Shown: one piece after another, positions 24,227-37,300 of the stretch
Layout of the letters: each line of letters begins with the position of its first letter
Numbering within the stretch: the first letter of the stretch is position 1
Source of the DNA: Octopus bimaculoides
Lineage: Eukaryota
Assembly (NCBI RefSeq): GCF_001194135.2
Contig: NC_068981.1
Coordinates: 74,628,141-74,689,300, forward strand
DNA length: 61,160 bases
Reading direction: 5' to 3'
The notes under the pieces: generated by a model
Database searches by the model: none
What the model saw: the letters and a program-made list of their open reading frames with translations, nothing else
What the model was told of the DNA's origin: nothing
Translations under genes and position numbers: made by a program

Positions 24227-27200
24227 TCATCTAAGTATCCATGCCATAAAAAAATATGGACTCATATATTTACCAGTAGAGTAGGTATATTAATCTAAGT
24301 ATACAGAATTATAGATCCATTTCACCTAATCTTACCAATCAGTTTCATACAGGGGATTAGGTAACCATACATCGATAACAGCAAAGTTATGTTACACCAC
24401 TAATTCTTCAGGGATGGCAGGTATGGAAAAAATAAAACACTTGCTATCTTTGAAGAGCATATGGTGTTACTCAATCATGCCATTAATTAATATCCAGTGC
24501 AAAACTGATTGTCAAGATTAGCTGAAATGGATCTACAATACTGTATACTTTGATTAATGCATGTGTGTGTGTGTGTGTGTGTGTGTGTATAAGGTATACA
24601 TACCATATATNNNNNNNNNNNNNNNNNNNNNNNNNNNNNNNNNNNNNNNNNNNNNNNNNNNNNNNNNNNNNNNNNNNNNNNNNNNNNNNNNNNNNNNNNN
24701 NNNNNNNNNNNNNNNNNNNNNNNNNNNNNNNNNNNNNNNNNNNNNNNNNNNNNNNNNNNNNNNNNNNNNNNNNNNNNNNNNNNNNNNNNNNNNNNNNNNN
24801 NNNNNNNNNNNNNNNNNNNNNNNNNNNNNNNNNNNNNNNNNNNNNNNNNNNNNNNNNNNNNNNNNNNNNNNNNNNNNNNNNNNNNNNNNNNNNNNNNNNN
24901 NNNNNNNNNNNNNNNNNNNNNNNNNNNNNNNNNNNNNNNNNNNNNNNNNNNNNNNNNNNNNNNNNNNNNNNNNNNNNNNNNNNNNNNNNNNNNNNNNNNN
25001 NNNNNNNNNNNNNNNNNNNNNNNNNNNNNNNNNNNNNNNNNNNNNNNNNNNNNNNNNNNNNNNNNNNNNNNNNNNNNNNNNNNNNNNNNNNNNNNNNNNN
25101 NNNNNNNNNNNNNNNNNNNNNNNNNNNNNNNNNNNNNNNNNNNNNNNNNNNNNNNNNNCTACACATGTTTCAAAATATATGTGAGCTCTTCTACAAAGAA
25201 GTAAGAGCTGCTGGAATTCCACATATATTCATCTTCAGGGAATCAACATATAAAAGCAAGACAAATGCGAAATGATGAGGTAACTTATGAGCTAAGATGT
25301 TATATGGCCATGTAACATCTTAGCTCGTAATTTACCTCATCATTTTGCATTTGTCTTGCTTTTATATGTTGATTCCCTGAAGATGAATATATGTGGAATT
25401 CTGGCAGTTCTTACTTCTTTGTAGAAGAGCTCTCATATATTTTGAAACATGTGTAGGAATTAAAGGAACTTTTATTTATATGCATTTTGCACCATTTATT
25501 GTTATTATTCATATATATATATATATATAGAAAGAGAGAGAGATGTAATATGAACTATAGAGGGAGATATAGGAGGAATATAATTAAGTTTACAAATTGA
25601 AATTTAAAACAAAAATTCAGTTACAAAATTTCATGTTTCTATGTCTGTCTTTAGATATTGCCTTTTTACTTTAAAAAAAGATTTGAGAGTCTGCTTATGT
25701 TTTACTGCTGTAGCTATACTTCATGTTTGAATTAATGTATAAACAATCTGATCATGTCCCTTATGTCAGCATTCAAAGTATTTTCAAGCAGACATAGCTT
25801 GAGGTAATAATTTGCTTTTGTTTACATGAGTTTACAATTTAATAAAGATTAATAGAATTATTTAACACTAAAAAAGTTTCATTAAGTTTGGCTCTTTTAA
25901 TATCCATACATGGTCCTCGTACCAAATAGTTTTGAGATCTTTCCTAATTTCCATGTAAATATGTCAGATGTCGGTCGATTAGGGTTAAATCTTCAGATTA
26001 AAACCTTTCTAGTAGGCTGGTGGATTAACTTAGCTGAAATGCTCAAATAGATCAGTAAGTGCATTGTAGCTTTAGTTTTGTACTTGTCAGTCAAGAGTTT
26101 TGAATCTTTCCAGTACTGACTATTTTTCGACGGACCTAGAGTTGATGAAATAAGTAGTAATCTCATATGAAGAATCGTTGTTAATTGGCTGTACTGTAAA
26201 TTCCACTTTTGAATGAGGGTGCGATGAGGGAATGGCTTTGAGCATTTCAATTCATCTTAAACTGAGTGCTGTGTTAAAGCTAATACTCAGCCAGTGTACC
26301 AATGAGCTAGTGAAATCAATTAGCAAGATCCAGATGGTAAAGATGCTGAAGTGAGTAGTATGTTTGGCCTACTATTCAACCAGTGTACTAACCAGGTATT
26401 GAAATCAGTTATAAAGGACCAGGTTGTAATGATGTTGAGCTGGGTGGTAGAGATAGGCCTACCATTCAACTGGTATATCAATCAGTCATTGAACTCACTT
26501 AGCAACAACCATTCCACCAGTATACTAATCTGTTAGGCCAACCATTCAACTAATATACTATTGAAGTCAATTACAAAGAACCAGGTGATGACTGTTAAAC
26601 TAAATGAGATGTTAAATCTATCAATGAACCACTATACCAATCAATCAATTTGCAAGAACCAAGTGATGATGGTGTTAAGCAGGGTGGTATGTTAGGTCTA
26701 TGTGAAGATACATGGCTCAGTAGTTAGAGTGTCAGGCTCACAACCATGAGGTAATGAGTTTGATTCCCAGACTTGGCTATGTGTTGTGTTCTTGAGCAAG
26801 ACACATTATTTCACATTGTTCCAGTTCACTCACCTGTAGAAATGAGTTACGATGTCACTGGTACCAAGGTGTATTGGTCTTTACCTTTTCCTTGGATAAA
26901 ATCGGTGGCATGGGGAGGGGAGGTTGGTATGCATGGGTAACTATTGTTCTTCCATAAACAGCCTTACCTGGACTTGTGCTTTGGAAGGGAAGTTTCTAGG
27001 TGTAATCCCACGGTCATTCCTGACCGAAGGGGTTTTTTATGTTAGGTTTATCTGTCATTCATTCAGTGGATCAGTCTGGTAATGAAGACAAAACTATTGT
27101 ACCCAACCTCTCCAATTTATTGTCTTGAGCCCAAGTGTGAAGCTAATATTTTTTTAATATCACCTTTCTAGGTTCTGTTGATCTTCAATGTAATGCTCAA

Positions 27201-30200
27201 GGAAAATGCCAATGTAAACCTGGAGTGACTGGTGACCGATGTGATCGTTGTCAGGCAAACTTCTATGACTTCTCAAACTATGGTTGCAGGTAATTTGTTT
27301 ACTCATTTATATAACTGTTTGTTCTGATAGTTATATATCTGTTTGAGGGATGGTTATGTATGTATGGTGATATTTGTCTGTCTGTTGGTGATGTCCATAT
27401 CTGATTATGATCATATCTGACTGTCTGTGGTGGTGGTGTCTGTCAATCTGTATGTAGTGTGATATCAATCTGTCTGTCTGTGATGTCGACATGTCTGAGT
27501 GTTTGTGGTGTGATGATGTCTGTTTGATCTAGTGATACCCATCTGTCTTCTGTCATGATTCCATCCACATCTAGGATGAATTATTGAAGTAAGAAAATAT
27601 AAAGCAACCCCAGGAGTTTAACTGGTACTTTATTTTTATCAACACTGGACGGTTGAAAGGTAAATTTAACCTCTGCACGACTTAAAAATGTAAAAGGCGG
27701 TAACTAAATACCACGGTTAACTTGTCTGATGCTGGAATGTATCTGCAAATCCTCTAGTAATGTATATCTGTCTCTGTCTGATCTAATGATGTCTGTCTGT
27801 TTTTAATGACTTATATCTGTCTGTCTGTTCTGGTGACATCCTTCTGTCTGGTTTAGTGGCAATGCATATCTGATTACTTGTCTAGTTTAGGGATGTCTAT
27901 ATATCTGACTATTTGGTCATCTCATTTAGAGATGTCTTGAAATCAGATCGTTTACCTGTCTGGCCTAGAGACATCCGTATATTTGATTGTCTGAATGGGA
28001 TGACATCTATATATGTGACTCTTTCACTGTCTGGTTAAGTGGCCTTTATATATCTGACTGACTGTTTCATTTAGAGGCATTTATGTTTCTGACCCAGTGA
28101 GTGATGTTTATATGTCTGTTTATTTGTCTGGGCTAATGCTATATGTTTGTCTTGTCTGTCTGCTTAGGTAATGTCTATTTGTCTGTCTGTGTGTCTGTCT
28201 GCTTAGGTAATGTCTATTTGTCTGCCTGTCTGGTTGGCTAGTGACATCTGTCTGTCTATTTAGTCTGTTTGGTCTAAGGCTCTGTATATGTGATAATCTT
28301 TCTGGTCTAGCAATGTTCTTATATCTGTGTGTTTGTCTGGACTATTGACATCTCTTTGTGTGTTTGCGTTTCTGACATCCATTTGCCTGGTTTCCAGAGT
28401 CCTCTGTGTCTATTTGTTATAGTGACATCCAGCCATCTGTTCGGACAGGTGGCATTCATCTGTCTGTAGTCTAGTGATGTTGGTCTACCTACATGGTTGT
28501 GTCTGGTGTCATGTTGTGATTTATATTTGCCTATGCTGTGATAATGATGGTGGTTGTTGTGTGGTCAGTGCTGGATTTAGGACAAATGAGGCTCTGTGCT
28601 AGTTAAGTTATGAGACCTCTTACTTTTGTATAGAGAATTGTTTATACACAATTTTGTTAAAAGATAACATGTAAAAGCGTTCACATGATTAATTTCACTT
28701 TTATAACTTTTAGGAAAAACATTTGAATTTTTGACATTTGAAAAATTTATTGTAAAAAATTTTTGGTGCAGGAAGATGGGCCTCACCTGGTCGACAGGGC
28801 CTTGTGCTTAAGCACACCTAAGCACAATGGCAAATCCGGCTCTGGTTGTGGTGATGGTGTTTTCCTGTGGGTTTGTGTTTTGCTTTTCAGGAAAATATTT
28901 TTTATTAATGCAGCATATAAAAAACCCACCAAATCCCAAAGAAGATGACTTTATCATTACCACATGATAAAAATGTATCATGAGTGATATAGTAGCTATG
29001 GTTGGTTAAAAATTGTGTTTTATTCTACTAAATTTGTGTCAATTTTATTTCTTGGCTATTTTTCTTAAATTGTCTTTTTACTGCCCATTCTAGACCCTGT
29101 AACTGTAAGGCAGAAGGAAGTTTGAATAACACTCCTTACTGTGATACCTCAACTGGAAAATGTACATGTAAAGCAAATGTTGATGGCCAGAAATGTGACA
29201 GGTAATGGAAGAGAAATTATTTTTACATTCTTTCCTTATTCAATTATATATTAAAATTATATAAATTCTTTTACATTACATATGTACAAATTCTGTTGTG
29301 ATTGTTTAAAACAGTGGCTGTCAACCTTCTGTGGCTCAGCAGCCCCTTTCACTGAATCATTTTTTACACATATGGTCTTTGAATATGCATGCACATGTAT
29401 GTATTGGTATACACATACACATGCATGCATACGATCACCATCATTGCTTAATATCCACTTTTATGTTAGTCAGATGGTGTTTGTGAGGCCAGCTTTTATC
29501 GCAAAAATCCTCTTCGTGTCACCAAACCTCACCTGTTTCCAAGCGAAGTAATAGTTCCCCAATGGTCAGACATTTCTTTTTTTCATGGAAGACTGGAAAA
29601 GTGTAAAATTGCTTGTATACTGGTGATGCTCATTTAAAATCATCACATAATGTCAAGACAATGGTACACACACGCACACACACACACACACACATGCACA
29701 TGATCTTTCAGTTTCTTTCTGTTAGATCCATTCACATGGTTTTAGTTGGCCCAGGACTATAGTAGAAAACGCTTGTCCAAAGTGGCATTCAGTGGGACTG
29801 CCCCTACCTCACACTCACATATGTTCCCCATACACACATACGCACATATATAAGATATTGGAGCCTGGCATGGTCCTGTGACCCACTGAATTTTGTATCC
29901 TGCCAATGCCAGAATGGAAAAATGAACATAAAGTTACAATGATCATGATGGTATATCAGACAGTAGCTTTATTTTTGCATTGTTTTATTAGTCAGATTGT
30001 CCTTCACCGTCCCATCCAGCATGTTCACCTTCATATTATTTGCAAGTCTAGTGCTGCCTATGTTAAAATTTCATGGAAATTGCTATAGATTGTGAGAAAC
30101 TATATAATAAAATTATATTGGACCCCGGTACATCATGGGTCGTGTTTCTGCTCTTTGATAATATAATGCCCTATCCATATTCTTACCAAATTTTCTTTTT

Positions 30201-32254
30201 TATGTATTTAAAATGTATTTTACGACCCTCTAAATACTCAACGCATCTCATAAAGCCCGCTATAATATTTGCTTTCTCTGTGTGAGCTAACAACTCCCCA
30301 AGCTGGTGACACCGCCCTCGTTCATGAACCGTTGATCTAAGGATATCCTAAAAAATTTTCTTTATATTAAATGCAAGGGAGGTAATTGAAACCAAGGTGG
30401 GTAACTCCTATTTTGATCTGGAAACATTCCTCCCCACATATTATCGTGCTCGAAATAGCAAGGCCACTATCTTTGACTGCACCTACATTCATATGCAATA
30501 AACTGTTCATACCCACATGTACACATAGCTATCTGTATTTACATGTGCGTGCGCACACACGCATTTTGTACATGTGCAAAATATAAACTTGTCTAATATT
30601 CTCTTTTCTTTTACCTTTAAATAAAAGGTGTAAAAATGGTTTCTTTGGAATGGAAGAAAACAATAAATTTGGCTGCATTGCCTGTTTCTGTTATGGTCAT
30701 TCTTCCTCTTGTCAATCTGCAAATGGCTTCTATGGTCGCTCAATTCTCAGCCAGTTCAGTAATGGTTGGTTTCCATTTTTGTTCCTTTCTTTGCTCATGA
30801 ATTGTCAGTTTTGTCTTTCATAATTAAAAGTTTTTGTAAATCCATTCAATTTCTCAAAAATACCCAACCAGCCAGATACAGCCTATCATATCTACCCTTC
30901 AGTATCATTCTAAAGATATAGTCACATTATCAAAATTTTGAAGCTACAAGATAATGCATGTTTAATTAAAAATCAATTTGAATATAAAAAAAGCATTACA
31001 TTTGACAGAATAATCTGAATGCTAAAAGGTTAAAAATATATCTTGTCTTTAAAAGGTATTTTTTAAGTTTAGAAAGTTTTAAATATTTATAATTTTGCAT
31101 CATCATATGAAGCAAATGGTCAAGATAATAAGGCAGTTAGCTTATGTGTTTTATGACATTTCTTTTGTGAAGGCATATGGCTTTGTGTTTAGAGGTATTC
31201 GGCTCTCAATCTGAAGGTTGTGAGTTTGATTCCTGGTGGCACATTGCGTCTGTCTTCACAAAGAGGCTTTATTTCATGTTACTCCAATCCAGTCAACTGG
31301 CAAAAATGAGTAATACCCGTATTTCAAAGGGCCAACCTTGTCACCTTTTGTGTCATGCTGAATCACCCTGAGAGCTCTTTTAAGGGTATGCGTGTCTGTG
31401 GAGTGCTTGGCCACTTGCACATTAAGTTCAAGAGCTGGCTGTTCTGCTGCTGGGATCAACTGGAACCCTTCTTGTAACTGATGGAATGCCAGTTTTTTAT
31501 GCCATTTCTTTAGTGCCATATTGATAAATTATAAATACCTAAATGAAGATAAAAGATTTTTTTAATCCCATCCTCAGGTTGATATAACTTGAAGAACAAG
31601 ATGCTAAGTACAATTTTATAGGTCTTGCATATTGAAGGCTCTGCTCATAATGACATCTCTTAATGCTGGAATAACTTGACTGAAATTTTAAAATAAGTTA
31701 TAAATGATTCATATATGATCAGAACAATAAATTTTATTTTAAAGTTTTAAAAAATATTTAATGCAAGATTTAGGCAACAGTATGTTTAGTTTGTTATAGT
31801 CTAAGGCAGTCATAAGCAAACTGAAGGCCATGGGCCACATGCAGCCTGCAGAATTTTCTGAATGTCATGTCAATGGAAAAATTACCTTGAATCTTTTTTA
31901 GAAGTGGCCCAGCTAATGATGAGCCATGTCTCTTGTGGCCCACTTCCTGAAAAAGTTTGCACATACTTGGTATAAAGTCTGGAGGTTTCAACTGTCATAA
32001 TAATGAAACTAAAAGAAAAAAAATCTCTGAATGAATATAATTTATAATTCTCTAAGATAATTTGTTATTGTTGATTAAAGGAAGACAAAGATGGAAAGCA
32101 GCTGACCGAGGAAACAAAGAAATTCCTACTCAGTTTAATGCAATAACTAAGAAGATCGGAGTGGCGGCAAAAGGCAATGAAATCATTTACTTCATAGCCC
32201 CAGGTAGGCAATTTTTCTTTCTTCTTTCTTCTACTTGAAATAAAATGTATGTAA

Positions 32255-32287
<33 letters not shown>

Positions 32288-32771
32288 CTGTGCACCTGTG
32301 CTACTCAGTTGCTTATGTTTAAGAGAACTCTTTAACAATGGCTTTACTCAATATCTAGCTGCAGTCATCATCTAATATAATAAATACGAAAACTAATTTC
32401 TGTGTGTCAGTGTGTCACATTCTGACTCCCCTCTCTCACTATTCAATGACACTGCTACTATTCTTTGTGCTGGAGTGAGAGTAATAGTAGGCTTAGGGAT
32501 GGTGAGGGTGGTGGCAAAGACAGAGAGAGAGAGAGAGAGAGAAAGGAAAACAGAGAGACAAAGAAATTTAGGGAGAGTTGATGATGTTTTATTAAAAGTA
32601 GCAGTGTAGATGGTGGCAGTGGGAGTAATAATAAGAATGGGAGAGAAAGAGTGTGCATGTGAGAGAAAAACGGAGATGATGTACAACTTTGTTTGACCCT
32701 GCCTCTTTGACAGAAATTCCTGTGGCCAACATACTGAACACTCATTTTTGTTTTATTTTTTGCTTTCTTTA

Positions 32772-32851
<80 letters not shown>

Positions 32852-32855
32852 ACAT

Positions 32856-32888
<33 letters not shown>

Positions 32889-34287
32889 CATACATGCACA
32901 CATATATAAAATGCACTTTAATTGAAACCATGCCAAAACATGCCATAGGGTTTGTTACAGCCCTCTGGCTTGCCAGCTTTTGTCAAACCATCCAACCAAA
33001 TGTGAGCATTAAATGATGATGATGATGAGATGTGTGTGCGTGTGTGTGTATATATAATATTTATTTCTCTGATTGAATAAATTTTGTTTTACAGAGCGCT
33101 ACTTACATGACCAGCGTCACAGCTATAACCAGTTTTTAAGTTTCAAACTCCAGACCAGTGATGACCGTTCCAGACCATCAATAATGGATGTTGTTTTAGT
33201 TGGCAGTGATGGTCAGATGATATCAACTCCAATATTCTCTCAGGGAAATCCAACTCCTAACACAAAGGAACAGACTTTCCGATTCCGTCTCCACGAACAT
33301 CAAGATTACAAGTGGCAACCAAGACTGCGTTCCCAAGATTTCATTGCTCTTCTTTCCAATTTGACAGCCATCAAAGTCAAAGGAACATATAATACAGATG
33401 GTATTATATTTTCTTTACTATTACATTTTCTTTGCTTTTCTTTTATTTCTTTGTGTTTCTCATTTTACCTTTTTTTTATTGTTTTGTTATACTTTTAATT
33501 GATTTATTACTTATACTCTGTCCTTGACTCTTGATTCTTCTGTTTCCTTCTCTTCTTCACTAACTTTTGATTTTCCCTTTCTCCTCTTCATTTGATTCTT
33601 GATTCTCCTCTTTCTTTCTCTTTTACATCGACTCTTGATTCTCCTCTTTCTTTCTCTTCATTGACTCTTGATTCTCCTTCCTTTCTTTCTTTCTTTTTTT
33701 CTTTCTTTCTTTCTTTCTTCTCTCTCTCCTGTATACTTATCTCCTCCCTTTTCCTATCTCTTCTCTCTACTATATTCCTCCTCTTTCTCTCTTACTTTTT
33801 CCTCTCTCTCCCTTTCTTTCTTCTCACTCCCTCTCTCTTCTCCCTCTCTCAGTACTTTTTCTACTTCCTCTATCTTTCTGCACTCTGTCTTTATTCAACC
33901 CCCCTCTCTCTCTCATATCTCACTTTTTGCATTCCTCTCTCTCTTTTGTGCTCCTCTGTCTGTCTTTATCCTGTTGTTTCATCCTGCCTTGCTCACTATT
34001 TACTTTCACTTTCTATCCCCATCCTCCTCCTCTTCCTCCATCTGCCTGTTTTTGAAGGTATCAATGATTGGACATAATGGTTTGTGTTGGCAAACTGCTC
34101 AGACTCGTCATGAGCAACAAAGTGGAAATACAAGTGTGTCTGGGCTGCCTCAGTGCTGGAGGTATGAGACTAACCAGCTCCAAGGAACTTTCATTGTTAA
34201 TCACTTTGTAACCGTGGATGCTAGCTTGTACAGCTATATAATTTATTTTTACTATTATTATGAAAACATATATATATATATATGATG

Positions 34288-34327
<40 letters not shown>

Positions 34328-37300
34328 AGCCATAAAAAGTCAGAAGATATGAGAGGTGAATATATTTATTTAACCATTTGGCATCCTTAGGGTTACAGCT
34401 GTTTCATAGCCTCCTTCATGTAATAATAATTTCAGTGTATATTAAATAATGTTTACATGTCTGCATTAATGTGCGTACTACACATTATGCAATACAATTG
34501 CATATTCACAAATCAATGTAGATGAAGAAAGCTAGCTCCTCTGATCTCCAGAACATCACAGTTGCACCAATAATTCAACTCTACGTATATATATACGAAA
34601 TTTTTTAGAGCTTTTTGTGATATATGTCATGTACGGGTTCTATGAATCCATATATTACACTACTATTTTATATCATCATCATCATTTAGTATCCGTTGTC
34701 CATGCTGGCATGGGCTGGACACTTTGACCAGGGCTGGTAAGCTGGAAGGCTGTACCAGACTCCTGCCTGATTTGGTGTAGTTTCTGCAGCTGGATGCACT
34801 TCCTAATGCCAACCACTCCAAGAGTGTAATGCTTTTATGTGCCACTGACATGACACCAGTATCTGCCATGACTGCAATTTTACTTGGCTTGATGGATCTT
34901 CTTCTCAAGCATGACTTAATGCCAAAGATCTCGGTCATTGCCTCTTTGCAGCCGAGCACTTGAAAGGAGCTTTGCACATCACTGGATCAATCACTTTGCC
35001 TCTGTAAGGCCTAACACTCGAAAGGTGCTTTTCCCATACCACTAGCATGCGTTCCAGTTACGTGACACAAGCATCAGCCAGGACTACAATTTCACTTGGC
35101 TTGATGGCTCTTCTCAAGTACAGCTTATTGCCAAAGGTCTCAGTCACTAGTCATTACTTCTGTGAGGCCCAGAGTTTGAAGATCCTGCTCATCCTATGTC
35201 TTTCTGGGGCTACCTCTACCACAGGTTCCCTCCACTGTTAGAGATTGGCACTTCTTTACGCAGTTGTCCTCGTTTATATGCATTACATGACCATACCAGC
35301 ACAGTTGTCTCTCTTGCACACCACATCTGATGCCTCTTATGCCCAACTTTTCACTCAAGATGCTTACACTCTGTCAAATATGTACACTGACATTGTACAT
35401 CCAGCGAAGTATACTGGCTTCATTTCTTTCAGCTGTTACAGTCCATGTTTCATTGCTGTGTAGCATAGCTGTTCGCACACAAGCATCATACAATCTAACT
35501 TTCACTCTGAGATAGAGGCCTTTGTTGCCAGCAGAGGTAAAAACTCTCTGAATTTTGCCCAGCCTAATCTTATTCTCACAGCTACTCTCTCGGAGCATCA
35601 GTCTCCACTACTAATTTGGTCACCTAGATAATGGAAGCTATCTACTACCTCTAGCTTACACCCCTGGCAGTTGATGGAGTCTATTTTCTGTACATTTTTG
35701 GTGTTAATTGTGCCTGTGCATCTTCCATGCACAAAAGCTATTTTCCGTTATATGTATATATGTGTATGTATAAAAATATGTATATATATATATAAAAATA
35801 TGTTTATACATATATTATCTTTGTTTTTCTCCATAGGTACTGGATTTATTGATGATGTCAGGCTAGAGACTGCAGGTTATGCATCTGGCAAGCCGGCTTC
35901 TTGGGTAGAACAATGTACTTGCCCTGATGCTTACTTAGGAGAAAACTGCCAGTCTTGTTCTCCAGGCTATAGAAGAGATCCTCCCAATGGTGGTCCTTTT
36001 GCCCGATGTATACCATGTGTTTGCAATGGTCACTCTGATGATTGTGACGTTAATACTGGTAAGTATTCTTTTTTATTGTTAAGCAATAGTTTATGAATGG
36101 TCCAAATGTACAACAAACAAGGTGTATTAGTTTGACGCTCAAGCAAAATGAATATGTCTTTGATGTTTCGAGCCAATGCTGTTTGACAGAAAGGAATATG
36201 GAAACAAAATGAAGAGAAAAAAAATGGAATGAAGTAGCAAAAAACAAGCTTGTCCAAGTTAACTGTTTCATATGATGAAAATCTGATACTGAATCACCAG
36301 AGACCACTCCCGGTTGTTTGAGAAAAACTAATCATTTAAGTCATATAAATTGAAGCCTTGTATCAAAATTCTGCGATAATTTATGTTCCAAATTTCAGCT
36401 TAATAACAACTGAGTTATTTTACTAAATTCTTTACTATTTTCAAAATGAATTGAAACAAAAGAACTGCTCAACCTGTACCATTATGAAAAAAAACCCCAA
36501 AAAATGTTATGTTGGAATTATAACATATACGATGATTCTACTTGAGCTGTACAGGTGATAGAATTTTTTTAATATGAAATGGTCTGCATATTTTTTTTCA
36601 TAGTCTGTAAAGTATATGATAACAATGACTATAGACAATTGTGAAATTCACAATGCAGTTCTCCTGTTTCATGTAGTGTGAGAAGTATGTACTCATGTTA
36701 CTTAACTACAGCCAGATAAATCAGTGTGTGAGAGAGAGAGAGAGAGTTGAATACTTTTGTCACAAACTCAATTAGTGTTGGTGATGGGGAGATATGTTTC
36801 AAGGAATATTTGGTTAATAATCTAACATTATATCCAGCTGACCAGTAATGAACCTAAATTGTGATTATTATGTAACCTTGATTGAATACAGTGCTGTCTC
36901 TTGTCTTTTTTTTTTTTATTTAAATTAAAAACTGAGGTTTTATATGCAAAGTATGATGAATCATTGGTCTTCTTTGTTTATTTCTGTGATGGATATTTTA
37001 TGTGTAATTCAAAATGCGCTCACACATAAGTGCAGGCATGGCTGTGTGGTAAGAAGTTTACTGCCCAACAACATGGTTCTGGGTTCAGTCCCACCATGTG
37101 GCACTTTGGGCGTCTTCTACAATAACTCCAGGCCAACCAAAGATCTGTGTGTGAATTTAACAATGGAAACTGAAAGAACCTTTTGTATATATATATATGT
37201 GTGTGTGTGTGTGATTTTGTGTCCTTATCTAGACATTGCATGATAGTTGTAAATAAGTGTCACTGTCACACAAGCAGTGTCATTCATTTTCAATAATGTG

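Larger units (their letters stand above)
25159..25464. mobile_element. Palindromic element (149-bp arms, centre tggcca 25305-10) with a hammerhead motif in each arm; probable Penelope-like pLTR derivative
   Basis: 25159-25307 is the reverse complement of 25308-25456 with 8 substitutions; left end runs into an N-gap. Confidence 0.85.

Noticed and set aside
33592-34285. Long hydrophobic ORFs resembling multi-pass membrane proteins
   Set aside because: By-product of the CT-rich tract (Phe/Leu/Ser codons).
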